Of a stretch of DNA of 64,000 bases, positions 40,870-53,126 are shown piece by piece. The position numbers were made by a program, and so were the translations under genes. Position 1 is the first letter of the stretch. Each line of letters starts with the position of its first letter. This stretch comes from Torpedo marmorata. Taxonomy: Eukaryota. Location: contig OZ360230.1 of assembly GCA_977017645.1 (NCBI GenBank), forward strand, positions 74,152,001 through 74,216,000, given 5' to 3'. The notes beneath the pieces are model-generated. The model worked only from the letters and a program-made list of their open reading frames with translations, searched no databases and was not told the DNA's origin.

Positions 40870-41390
40870 TTCTGCATTGAGCTTCACACTTCACATCAAT
40901 ATTGTCACTAAAACAGTTTATTTCCACCTCTAGCATTGGCTGAATCATCTGTGCTATAGCTTATCCACTGCTGAAGTCTAAATCCATGCCTTTGTTACCT
41001 CCAATTTTGACCATTCTAATGTACTCTGGCTGATTTCCATCGTATGTAGGTCTTTTAAAATGTATTTCATTGTCTTGGCTCCCTTATTCTTATCTCCACA
41101 CTTCTCTGGTCATTCAAAAACTCCCTTGCTTGTGTCCTAACATGGGAGATGTGCTGTTGGTTCATCAAACCCTGCTTGATGACCCAAACCAGCAGCTTGA
41201 TCTTCAAACGAATAGTCTCATCTTTGTTTTCGAATCCTTACTTGGCCTCCCCTCTCCCTTTCCCTGTAATCTCTTCACGTTTGATATCCTCTACTTCTGA
41301 CCTCTTGATCATCCTTGAATTTAATCATTGGTGGTCATGCCTTCAGTTCCAAGAACCAAAAATCTGGAACTCCATTCCTAAGTCCTTTTG
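40870..41390 (+). mobile_element. Ancient L2 LINE remnant (3' part)
   Basis: gctgaagtctaaatccatgcctttgttacctccaattttgaccattctaat resembles AE.LIHAFVTSRLDYSN; ccaaaaatctggaactccattcct resembles P.LWNSLP. Confidence 0.6.
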
Positions 41391-42629
41391 TCTGAACCAA
41401 GGCTTTCACATTAAGACTCTTGATAAAGGGTCCCAAACACAAATGTTGACTGACTATTTGTACCCATGAATGCTGCCTGACTCATTGAGTTCCTTCAGCT
41501 TTTTATTGTTTGCTTAACTAAGGGTTTGTTCATCGGCAAAATATCTCCATCTACGGCTTGCTGTCAATATTTGTGTTTGATGATGTCCTGGTGAAGTAAC
41601 TTGCATGTTTCTGCCATGTTAAGGTGTACTTTAGTTAAATATAAGTTGTTGATTTTGTTAAATCACATCTAATAAAATTTGAGATTTTGGTTTATTTTAC
41701 AGTGACAGCATTTCACATGCAATTCATATTAATTTAAATCATCCTCTTGGAGAAAGCCATAAGCAGTGGAGGAGCACTAAATCCCTGACAGCAATTTTGA
41801 GATTTCTGCATTAAACAAAGTACAGGTATTTGTGAAATTCCCAAAGCGACTGTTGGTTTCCCAGAACAATTATGGTGAACTCTAATGGGTTTGCTGTCAT
41901 TGCTATGCCAGAATGTCCATCCAATCGAATTGAACATGCAAGGTTGAGCCCATCTGTTGACTGATATGTTTGAAGATCTTTAGCACTGGTGACCAAATAA
42001 AATTCCTCTGGTCCTCATTGTAAAATGATGCACATACATTGTGGTAAATGATTCACAAGCTGCTGTATCTCAAATAGCAATGGGAGTGATCACATGACAG
42101 GATGCGCTATGTGCTGTTGTGTTATCGAATAGCAATAATGCTACAAAATAATAAAATGCAACTTATAAATTAAAATTTATGAAACTCAAAAAGTTATCCA
42201 TTCCATTTAGGGAATAGAATGGGACTGGCTGTGCACATGTTCACTTTTGCTGTGAGTCACCCTGGACATCATATTGATTACGGCATTAGCATTAGCACAG
42301 CAAACATCTGTCAGAAGTCTACAAAGCAAACAGATGATGCTAATCAGCATGCAATGTGATTTGCCATTTTGTGCTCAGTGCTACAGCCAACACTTTTTAT
42401 GAATGTCGCATGGTTGAATATGCCAATATCCTGCTGGATATACTCCTACTCCACCCTCACCTCACCAATCATCAACAGATTAAGAATGCCATTGCTGATT
42501 GGTCTTTTCTGTTGGTTGCTCAAAGTATTTTGGTGCTTGCTACAATTATTCACATTGTATACAAAATCAACATATCATTTTCATATATTCCAATTGTCCT
42601 GTGTGCCTTTGCCTGTCCAGATGCTTCTC

Positions 42630-43335
42630 TGCAGTGCCTCCCAGTGGCCAACTACTTCAATTCCACACCTCATTGTCACACTGACATGTCTGTCTATAGC
42701 AGTGGTTCTCAACCTTTTTTTTCCCACTCACATACCACCTTAAGTAATCCCTTACTAACCACAGAGCACCTATGGCATCCTATGCCATCGGTGCCCTGTG
42801 GTTAGGGATTACTTAAGGTAGTATATGAGTGGAAAAAAAGGTTGAGAACTACTGGTCTATGGCCTTATGTACTGCAAGTTGAGACCAGCTGCAAAACAGA
42901 GGAACAACACCTTATATTCCGTCTCGGCAGTCTCCAAACAGACAGCATTACAGTAATATCGAATTCTCCAATTTCCATTAACCCTCTCTCCTGGCCTCTC
43001 TCTTTCCCTCATCCCTCTGCCTTCCTGCAGTTCAACACCCCCTCTTTTCCTCCTATCAGAGAGCTATCTTTCTTAGCCCTCTGCCCTCTCCCCATCATTT
43101 CACAGCTTCTTTCTCTTCTATCCTTCCACCTGTATCTACCTATTACCTCTTACGTTACCCAGTGTTTCTCCCCCTTCTCCCCATCCCTTTCCCCATCACC
43201 TTTTTATTCCACCATCTGCCATATTTTCAGCACTCCTGACAAAGGGTTCAGGCCCAAAACATCAAAGACCTTTTACTTTCTGTGGATGCTGCGTGATCTT
43301 TCTGAGTTTCTCCTGCACTTTTGTGTACTGCCCAG
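42630..43335 (+). mobile_element. Penelope-like element 3' part (GIY-YIG C-terminus and terminal repeat)
   Basis: LPVANYFNSTPHCHTDMSVY|GL...EEQHLIFRLGSLQ; terminal cCTGACAAagggttcaggcccAAAAcatc is a CpG-decayed CTGACGA..CGAAACGTC. Confidence 0.85.
42700..42854. mobile_element. Fully palindromic hAT-Charlie MITE inserted in the PLE
   Basis: TIRs cagtggttctcaacc / ggttgagaactactg; TSD gtctatag / gtctatgg (7/8); whole element folds back on itself. Confidence 0.92.
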
Positions 43336-46300
43336 GTCTATAGGTTTTTTGGTGCATGGCAGCTGATTTTCAGTGGAGGAGACTGAATAGATTTTGGAGG
43401 GGCTATTGAGATGGCCTCTGGACATAGAAGACTTGGCAGCAGACTGGACTGTGTTGGCTAGCTGACAGGTTACAGCAAGGGCATGAGTAGAATGATTGGG
43501 GGTCAAGTAAATATTGTCATCCTATGATTGGTCAGAAGGTCAATGCTCTATGGACCACTGTCTCTCTAGGAGAGTGCCTGATCAATCCTAATCTGGTGGA
43601 AGTCATGTCACTGGAAGTTTACAAGCCACTTTGTACAGTACAATCCAACATAGGAGCAGTTTGACCTTGCTGGACAGCCATTAAAACTTAGTTCTGATGC
43701 TGGGTTGTTGCTCCATTTCCTGTTCTGGAGGGATAGTTACTCCTTTATTGCTTATGGAATTAAAGTTATTTGGATCAAGGATACAAAGGAATTTGGAGCT
43801 CAGTGGTCCTGACAATTGTTAGTAGATGTGTGATAGAGGTGTAGTAAATTGAGCTGCATTTAAGATAATAGCATACAGTACTCAGAAAATCTGGCATTGA
43901 AGACACATTGATTGATCTTGACCATATGTAGGAAGTTATTGATTGTCTTCTGCCACTGCTTCCAGGGGTTTGACTCCTGGAGCTATCCACTGCCATTTAA
44001 ATGTATTCATGGAAGACCATCGTCCTCAGTAGAAGCACAACAACTTTCCTCCTTTCTACTTTCTTCATCAGGGTCTTTATTTGCAAAACCATGTACCTAC
44101 TTTCCACCTTGTTTTAAATTTCTTACTGTTTCACAGGACAAATTTGCTTCCTGCATGCCTGGTGCTGTCAACTGCAGTCATGGTACACTTCTCCATTAAA
44201 AAGTACAGGCTAGCTTCACATGACACCGGTTAGCTTTACCCAGTGCCAGTAAGTATTGATAGAGGAGTGAAGTTTATGAACAGTTCAGGCAGCAGAGCAG
44301 CATACAACGATCATTAAAAGCACAGGGAACACAAAGGTTAGTGCGCTGTCAGCATTACTGTCAACAGGGATGGTTCTATTGCCCATCCCCATTCCTGCAA
44401 CCATTTTAGAGGATGCGAGCATGTCTACATCAAATTCAGCTCCCAGATGTGAGCCAGAATTATGAATTTTTGTATTTAAATATTTGTCAGGTTCCTATTT
44501 TCTGTGTGAAAGATCTTTGCAATTCATCTCATTTTACAATAAGAATAATTCTCATGGATGTACCTGAATAATATACACAGTGCATTTCTGTGATTTCAAT
44601 CAGCATGTGGCCGAATCACTTCAAAAAATTGTTAGGTTTACAAAAAATCTGTGGTTGAAATGCCATAAAATTGAAAACTAATGCAACCTTTAGACTATTC
44701 ACACTCATTATAAATTTCACTATGAATTTGTGAATTCATTTCAATGCTTAATACCAATATAAATGCATTTTTGTTATTTTAACTTTCTCCCCAGTGAACA
44801 TTAGTCTATGGAATAAAATAGTGCTTTTTTAGTAATCTCATCTGAGGAGGGTCAGAGGTCAAAAATGTTGGTAAGATCCTTTCTTGGAGAGAAACTGTAA
44901 TGACTGCACTTGATTGAATGCTTACTACCTAAACTTGGATCTTTAGAATAATCAAAGCTGAAAATAGTTAATTCTCTACTAAATTCAGTTTTTACACTTG
45001 TGCATTCAGTGAACCATCTTGTTACTGATGGAAACATCCTGGTACCAACAAGCTGGGGGTGGATGCCCTGGACTAGTCCTGCTTTCATTCAGTGCTTGCA
45101 GTATGATTTGGTGCAGACTAGTTCTGCCCTTCCTGTAACTCCATGCTTTAAGTGAGAAGGTCACATTGAAATACCTTAACTGACACTCTTTAGCTCCAGG
45201 CTACTTTCTTTTTCTTGTTCTCAAAGAACCATGCAGAAATTACTAAAATCTAATTATTTTGCTGTTAATCAACTGCAGGTTGATTCCTGGAGCATTCTTA
45301 TCAGCATTAAACCACTTGGGGCAGAAAACATTACTAAATAGACATTTAAGGATTTATCACAAAAAATTTGAAAAAAATTGATTTTCTGAATTTTATGCTA
45401 AAATATTATTGGAAATCAATACAAGCTGTTAGTTAATTCTGTATCAGTGTCCATCTGAAATGGCTAACGTTGGTAGATGGGTAAATTGTGATCTTGGAAA
45501 TAAATGTGTAAATAATCTTTGAGTTCTTTACCTTAAACTAAAATCTTGTGAACAATTGAAAGTGAGATTTTAAAGTTATTTAACAGATTAAACAAGAAAA
45601 TGCTATTCTGTTCAGATATTTTCACTGTATTTTTCCATCAACACTAACTTTTTCTATTCTCTTTCTGAAATCATAGTCCTACTTGTAAAACCTCATTCAA
45701 TGCTCAGTACCTGTGAGCTCAGACTATGAATGTTAATAATGAGTTGACTTTTAGTCAGTTTTTAGTTGTACACTATACATAACTATTCAGTTAAAGGTGT
45801 AACATTTCCATCACTAATCAATGAATATTGGTTAAGATCAATGTACCTAATGCATATTCTGTATTGTTTCCAAATTTCTTAGTTCAGTTCAATGACACAT
45901 AGAACACATATACTGCATAACTCTGCTGCTGGGGTCACACTACAGGACAATCAAGATTAAACATGAGATGTTACTGATCTGCACTTCTGTGTTTGAGAAT
46001 AGCTTTTTGAACGATTGAGCCGGATAGGTCAATAGTACATCAGGAGAATTAGCTGACACTTTGCAATCATAATACTGTTGTTATTCTCTGAAATTGATGC
46101 AAATATCTGCATTAAATTATGGATGCACAGATATCCAAAGGAGATAGTCATTGATCTCCACAGGCTCTACTCAACAGGCTGCGCTGATTCCAGCTTTCAA
46201 CAGAATTAAAGGAAATCAGTTTAATTGATGTAAATTTATGAACAAGCCTTGCTTTATAATACTGTCTATTGAAGCATGAGATTGAATTGACTGGACTAAG

Positions 46301-46429
46301 ACATAATTATTGCTTTGCAAACTTCCTACCTTATAAGTAATTTTTATCAATGTAGATTGTGATACCGTCACATAAATTTCAAAATGTAATTTACCGGTAA
46401 TTTAAAATAATAAGCCAAATAAATACTGT

Positions 46430-47005
46430 TTATTTATAAGAGCATTGAGGTTATAGTTGAAATACATAAAATGCTGGTAAGACTACTGCATATAGTTCTG
46501 GTTTGTACGTGTATATTGCAGGAAAGATGCTATTGCACTGGTAGGGTTTGGAGGAAATACGTATACAAGGATGTTGCTGAGGCTGTAAAAATTTTGCCAT
46601 GTGAAAAGATTGCATAAGGTAAGTTGTTTGGTTTGGGAATGAGCAGGCTGAGAGGAGAACTTAATTAAGATGCATAAAATTACAAAGGGCCCAGGTAGGA
46701 TAAATAAGGAGAATAGGGTTCCCTTAGCTATAGGGTAAGAAATAGTGGGTATAGATTTCATGTAATTGGTAGTAAGGTTAGAGGAGAAATAATTAAGACT
46801 TTTACACCAAGAAAGTTGTGGGGATCTTGAGAGAGTTGCAGAGGCAGAAACACACATCACATTTAAACAGATCTTTGACATATATTTGAGGAGTTCTGAT
46901 AACAAGTGTTGGAAATGAGATGAGGTTGGATAGCTTTTCCAACACATGCGGATATCATGGGCTAGATGTCCTCCATACCTGTTGTATATTTTCTATAATT
47001 CTATG
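46430..47005 (+). mobile_element. Decayed CR1 3' fragment
   Basis: aggctgagaggagaacttaattaagatgcataaaattacaaaggg (RLRG.LI...KI..G); 3' end ttctataattctatg. Confidence 0.7.
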
Positions 47006-47289
47006 GTATCTTATCATACCATAATCGTATGTGCACAGTAAAATATTTGGAAGGTTAATTAAAAACTGTGCCTTTTTTAATAGTTGTAAATTTTTGAGAT
47101 ATGATTTTCAATAACAAAGTTTTGAAATATGATTGTCAATGATATCACATCTGCTGGATGACAGGGATCTGGTGAATTAATACCTGATAGCCACTAACAT
47201 TAGACATGGGGGTAATCCATGACTCTAGGATTGTTAGATCTTTGTGAGGCAGATCATCAGAATTGATACTTTGCTGTTCTGCTGAAGTA

Positions 47290-48120
47290 CCAGGCTGTCT
47301 TGGTGAATGATCCGCAAAAGGCAAATATGTGGGTACAGCAAGTACAGTACACAAACATGCTGGAGAAACTCAGCAGGTCATGCAGCATCCATAGGATCCA
47401 AAGAGTAACCAATGTTTCGGGCATGGGCCCTCATCAGCAATGGCAGACTTTATTATGGTTACACTTTACTTCCTATGGCTGTTGAGTGACCTGCTGAGTT
47501 TCTCCAGCATATTTGTGTAATGCATTCGGCCCCAGCATCTGCAGACTTTCTTTTTTAATGGGTACAACAAGCAATTAGGACAGCTAACAGAATATTATTG
47601 TTTATTTCTAGGGTAATTAAACACAAAAAAAGTACAGAGGTTATACCTGTTATATGGGGCAATGGTAATATTAGATCAGAGTACTGTGTGGTGGATTGGT
47701 CTCCTCGATAAAGGAATGACATTAATGCATTGAAAGCAATTCTAATACTTGGAATGTGCTGCTTGTCTCATGATAAAAGGTTGGACAGGGTAAGCTTGCA
47801 TCTACTGGGGCTTTGAAAGATGAGAGAGGACTTGATTGAAACTTATAAGATCCTGAAGCATTTTGACAGTGTGGATGTGTAGATGATATCCAGATCTGGG
47901 GTCACTATTTAAAAATATGTGTTCACTCATTTAGGGCAGGGATGAAGCAAATTTATTTTTCTCTCAGAGGCTCATGAGTCTTTTAAACTCTCTTCCTTAA
48001 AGGGTGATGGAAGAGGTTTGAGAGGACAGGAATGTAAAATTGAGACTAAAATCAAACCAGTTGTGATGTTAAATGCAGAGAAGGCTTGGGGTGAATGGCC
48101 TCCTGAATCTCATTCATCTG
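47290..48120 (+). mobile_element. Decayed CR1 3' fragment interrupted by a palindromic PLE derivative
   Basis: KANMWVQQ|AIRTAN; gagagaggacttgattgaaacttataagatcctg (R.DLIETYKIL). Confidence 0.75.
47343..47558. mobile_element. 216-bp palindromic non-coding PLE derivative with hammerhead core and 13-bp TSD
   Basis: TSD tgggtacagcaag (47330-47342) / tgggtacaacaag (47559-47571); inverted arms atgctggagaaactcagcaggtca / tgacctgctgagtttctccagcat; minus-strand CTGATGAgggcccatgcccGAAAcatt at 47411-47437. Confidence 0.88.
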
Positions 48121-50822
48121 CTGTAAAATCCCAAATTTATTATCAAGTCTGGACTACGATAATTTAAGGGTGCCAATCAGCTTTAGGAAATTTGATACCT
48201 CTTCAGGAATAAAATCCTAATTCAGGTATGGAATTTCTACATGTAAAATCACCTTTCTTTGACTGATTTTTGGCATCTGAAATTCAAATGTGACATTTAA
48301 AATATACAATACCCTCTGAGCATCAAAGTTTCCAATTTTATCTGTTTAATCCTCAGCAAACTAAATGTGGTTAATCCTGTATCAAAACTGTGCCTGGGGC
48401 GACTGTAAAATGTAGAAGTTCAATCAATGTTGTGTAAATATATCATTTTGTTTGGAATTCCTTTTTGCATTTGGTCAATTGAATGAACCGAGTACAGTAT
48501 GGGATGATGACTGAGCAATATGTTAAGTAACCAAATCTGGAGTTAGTGGAAAGTCAAGTGTATTTTTTTTAACTTTACTTCGAAATAGAAACAAGACAAA
48601 TGATTATAATTAAATATGTTGTTTTAAAATATGTAATTTAAGTGCTCAGGAGACACTGCAGGAATGGAAATAACAGACACACAAATGAAGGTTATGTTGC
48701 AAAATTTCAAGAGAACCTATTTTCCTTACCTATTTTCTTTGCAAGTTTTCCTTTTTCTAAAACTGCTCATGAACATTAGCACTTAATAAATTACATTGAT
48801 AGACATTTAGGGTCATACTCTGGTGTTTTCTGAGAAACAGGAAACTTTAAAATATTTAATCCTTTCTCTGGCATGCCTCCAAACATATTTAAAATGTTGC
48901 CTCTGGGTAGGGTTATACAATTGAAAGAATACCATGACGCCTTAAGTAATAGAAATATTATGTAGAGTGTGTATCAAGTTCCTCTTGAGAAAAAGTAGCA
49001 TTATCCCTTCATAATGAAAAAAATATTGCCAATTAAAATTATTTTTTGAGGATTTCACCTTTTCACTGTTACTTGATCCAAAAATTAGTCCAGAGATGTA
49101 AATTGTCTTTGACAAGAAATTGCTCTTCAGTAGAGTATCCTATACCTGGTTATAAAGTGGGACCAGATTTATTTTCGATTGCTGCTTTTTATACTTGAGG
49201 AAGATGATATTGTACATATGTAAATAAAAAAATTAATTGAGGAATTTTGTAGGAATTGGCAACACTTCTATTTCCTTTGTTTCTCACATATTTGAAAGAA
49301 AAAAATCCCTAAAATATTAACATATTTTAAAATATTTATACTATATATGAACATTCTAAAGTTAGTAAATTAAATGACATTGTTCTTGACGGCAATTCAA
49401 ATATATCATCCAGGATCATCCAGAAAACATTATTAAATGATATTTGCTAAGTATGTAACATTAATCAAGTTGAAGTGGAGATTCTGTCTTGGCACCGGTC
49501 AGATGAAAATGGTGGATGGTCAGGGGCTGAGTTGGGCAGATTAAAGGTTATGCTTTGGAGAAGTCAATGGACAGGACTGGTGAAGCAGTTTGCTTGTTTT
49601 TGTCATTCTCTCGCACTTGTGTCCACTGCTTGCTCCTGCATCATGGAACAATGAATTGGATACCCGTCTCACTCAGTAGTAAGCACTTTCATTTTTCTGC
49701 ATGTTCTACATGAGAATATGAGGATATTTACGTATGAACAAGACTCCTTCTTTTTATATTGATGGGCTGATTTCCCTTAATCTGCCTCTTTGGAACTGAA
49801 TCAAACTTTTACCTGCTGCCTTGAGCCCATATAGTAACAACTCATTTTTATCGTTCAGAGTACCGTAGTTATCTACCAACGATGGCTTCTGATAGCATCT
49901 GTGCCAGGAAAGTGGAGGGGGGTGGGGGGGAACAGTGAGTGACCAAGGAAAATTCCACCATCAAAAAGCCACTTGAAAGGCATTGGAAGCTCTGAAGATA
50001 GGAATAAACCTCTACATTAGCTTCAGCAGATAACGAGGATACTGGGCTGAAATAGCAGAATAGGAAGATTACTGGATCTACTCCTTTTGTCAGGATACAT
50101 TTGATCTCAAAATTGGTAGTAAACATCATAGCTTTTGTTGGTGAGAAGCAGCTAATTAAAGTTGTCAAGTGGTAGAAAATTACATCTGGAATTCGTTGCT
50201 TGCCTTCATTGGTTCTAATATTAAAGGAGCAGGAAATAGCAACCAGCGGTGGACCCGATAATGGTTGGCAGGGAAGGGAATCCCCAGCAGTAAGGAGGCA
50301 GTGTTAAGCTTTACTGGCTGAGAATGAGGTAAATGAGGACAAGAGTGTTGGGTTTACCCTGGTTCAAAATATATTAGTTATTCTTCCTCTTCTTGCTGAA
50401 CTAGGAACTCATTAACTTTAGGTTTTAAATTAACAAAATTTGTTCCACTCCTTAGGGGTTTATTCCAGAGGTCTTCACTCTTAATTGTAAAAAAAATGAT
50501 GCCATGGAGATGCTTACCTCATAGTTTGTTCAATTGATAAATCATCTCTCCTTATACTTGTCTCCTCCTTTAAACTGAAAGTTAAACAAAGGATGGGAAT
50601 CATACCTTTGCATTACTGCAGTTTGCAGTTATTTTTAAGTGTGCTCCTATTGGTTCATTCACAAAGAATGCCCCATTATATTTTACATTTGGGAATACAA
50701 CCCCCCTGCATCATGATCTGTACAGAGCACTGAAAATACCATTCAAACAACAATTTAAAAACACGTAAAAAAAAAAATTGTTTTTGGTATATTAGTAATG
50801 GTATAAATTTGCATCTCTGCAG

Positions 50823-51069
50823 GTAATGGGACTCTTGGCAAATCCTGGTGGTGTTCCACATCAACCACAAACTGACTATGCCCTCTCACCACTAACTGGA
50901 GGCCTGGAACCATCTACTTCTGTTTCTGCAAGTTGTAGTCAGCGGCTAGACCCAATGAAACCTCTCGACAGCTTGCCCACTTCCCAGTCATACTGTCCAT
51001 CAACTTATAGCTCCTCAGGTTACAGTGTGGATCCAGTGACAGGATACCAGTATGGACAATATGGGCAAA
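50823..51069 (+). CDS. pax3: Pax3 exon 8 (transactivation domain)
   Basis: ctctgcAG|GTA...CAAA|GTaagt; 247 nt; [82 protein letters not shown]. Confidence 0.98.
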
Positions 51070-52850
51070 GTAAGTGCCATGTAAATCTAAGCAATACATT
51101 TAGCTATAAAAATGCATACCCACCCCATCCTTCATCGATTTGTATCAAAATGTGTGACTCTGTATACAAACTTTGAATATGAATGTGAAATTCAATATGA
51201 CTTTATTAGTCTTGTGTAAAATAAATAATTACAAAATATATTGCTCCTTTAGTTTGGTTTGGCACTTAGTGCAACATTCCAGCCAAATGCACAAACAGAG
51301 CATACAAAATGTATTAAAAAGAAAAATGTACATTTGGTCAACATTTATTTGATTCAGATGATGATGAGAGGGCCTATTATTAACTTAAAGACTTTAAAGG
51401 CTTAATGTTATATTTCATTTGAGGAACAAAAGAAGGAGTGACATTTTTCTATACTGTACAGTTGTGGTATCTGAAAATGCAACGTCTTTCCGTGCTTGGA
51501 TAGCAGTCTACGTTGGATGTTACCACGGTCTGGCGAGGCTACAATCAGGATTTTTTCCCTTCAAATTCAATTAGACTACCAAAAATCTGTTAACATGAAA
51601 ATATTTAATCTTAAAAGCAAGCAGACAGATGATACTTTACTTTTTTTAAGTTAGCTGGTTGTAGTTTTAATCAATAAATTAAGAACACAAAATGTTTAGG
51701 TACCTTAGGCTGTCATACAAGATTTTTTTAAACAAATGTTTGCGTTGAGCTACACTGACTAAAGCTATGGCAGCATCTCCCTTTTAATCATTTATGTGAC
51801 ATAGTATCTGTTTTTAGTTGGCATGTAATCCAGAAGTTCAATCCATTATTTTTTAAATTTTAATTTTCACTGCATTGGAAGCTTCTTCAATTGCATTGTA
51901 TTTGACTTCAGAACAGCAGTTTTATTCAACATTATTACAGTAATTGTAATCTCTCTGCACTACTTACATTTTTAAACACATTGGTTAAAAGTATCGTCGA
52001 ATACTGTGTATTATATTTGAACAGTTGTTAAATAATTCAAAATAGACAGATCTACAAATCCATTAAAAGAGAATGCATGAAAGATTTGATGTGAACATAT
52101 TATTTTGAGTATGCAGTGGAATGCCAGACTATTTTGTTGCACAGTATTACTTTTGTACTTCTAAAGACTTAAAGTTGCTTCAATTGAAATATTAATGTTA
52201 ATTTGTAAATCTTTCCTCTTAAAGTTACCTTCCTCTACAATATAAAGCTAAACAAATCTGTAGTCACAATTAGTGTTACTGTTCAATATATATATATAGA
52301 GAGAGAGCACAAATGGAAAGAAACTTAATTTTGGCAAGATGAGTTTTTGTCATAAGGGACCACTGGAAAGTCAATAAATTGAGTTAGATCACTCAGATAA
52401 TGGGTACAAAAATCCTGAAAAGACATTGCCATGCACTTGAAAACTTCTGCCTATTTCTAACAAAATTTTGTTGAAGAGCTGAGTTAAAGCACTCTATATA
52501 ATTATCTTCAGTTCTGTCAGCAGCATCTTGATGTGATTAATTGCCAGGACCTAATATATGCTTGCCATTTATGTAGAACCTAAGGCCAAGGTCTGTCAAA
52601 AAATAAAGCAGCCACTGGAATGTCACTATTAAAAACACATGTTCTAAGAAAGGCCAAATCAGGCATCATCTTGGACAATATTGCTGGATCCGTGTGGTAC
52701 TGTCAAACTTGTCCTAATATAAACAAAGTAACCCTCTTAGTTTTGGCAGGCATGATTAGCCCTGACAACATTGTACCTGCATTTGACGTGGCCCCTTGCA
52801 ACGATGTTGTCACAAGAAGCATTCCTAAGTTTCTTTTACTTCCATTACAG

Positions 52851-52885
52851 GTGCCTTTCATTATCTGAAGCCAGATATAGCATGA
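52851..52885 (+). CDS. pax3: Pax3 exon 9 coding part (PAX3d-type C-terminus)
   Basis: Polypyrimidine tract then ttacAG|GTGCCTTTCATTATCTGAAGCCAGATATAGCATGA = (S)AFHYLKPDIA*, diagnostic of Pax3 rather than Pax7. Confidence 0.97.
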
Positions 52886-53119
52886 ATGAAAAAGTCCATA
52901 AAAGTTGAAATGACCCTTGTTCTGGACCCACAAACATAATGGGACCATGGTGCCCACAACGGTTGGATCTGTTCCCCAGAAACAAACCAACTTTTGTCCT
53001 CCTCTGATAATGGTTTTCATTTGTGATCATAGGATGAGCCCCATGTTCTAAGTTTTGGTTTTAATAGTACCTCTGTTACCTTAGATTTGGCTCTTCTGTT
53101 TAGACATGAAGATAGAAAA

Positions 53120-53126
53120 ACATTCC
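53120..53126 (+). promoter_or_regulatory. miR-1/miR-206 7mer-m8 site (ACATTCC)
   Basis: aaaaACATTCCcaat; Pax3 is an established miR-1/206 target. Confidence 0.65.

Noticed and set aside
42356-43366. ORFs of 149, 124 and 174 aa as a nested gene
   Set aside because: Chimeric frames running through a PLE GIY-YIG remnant, a hAT MITE and a pyrimidine-rich PLE UTR
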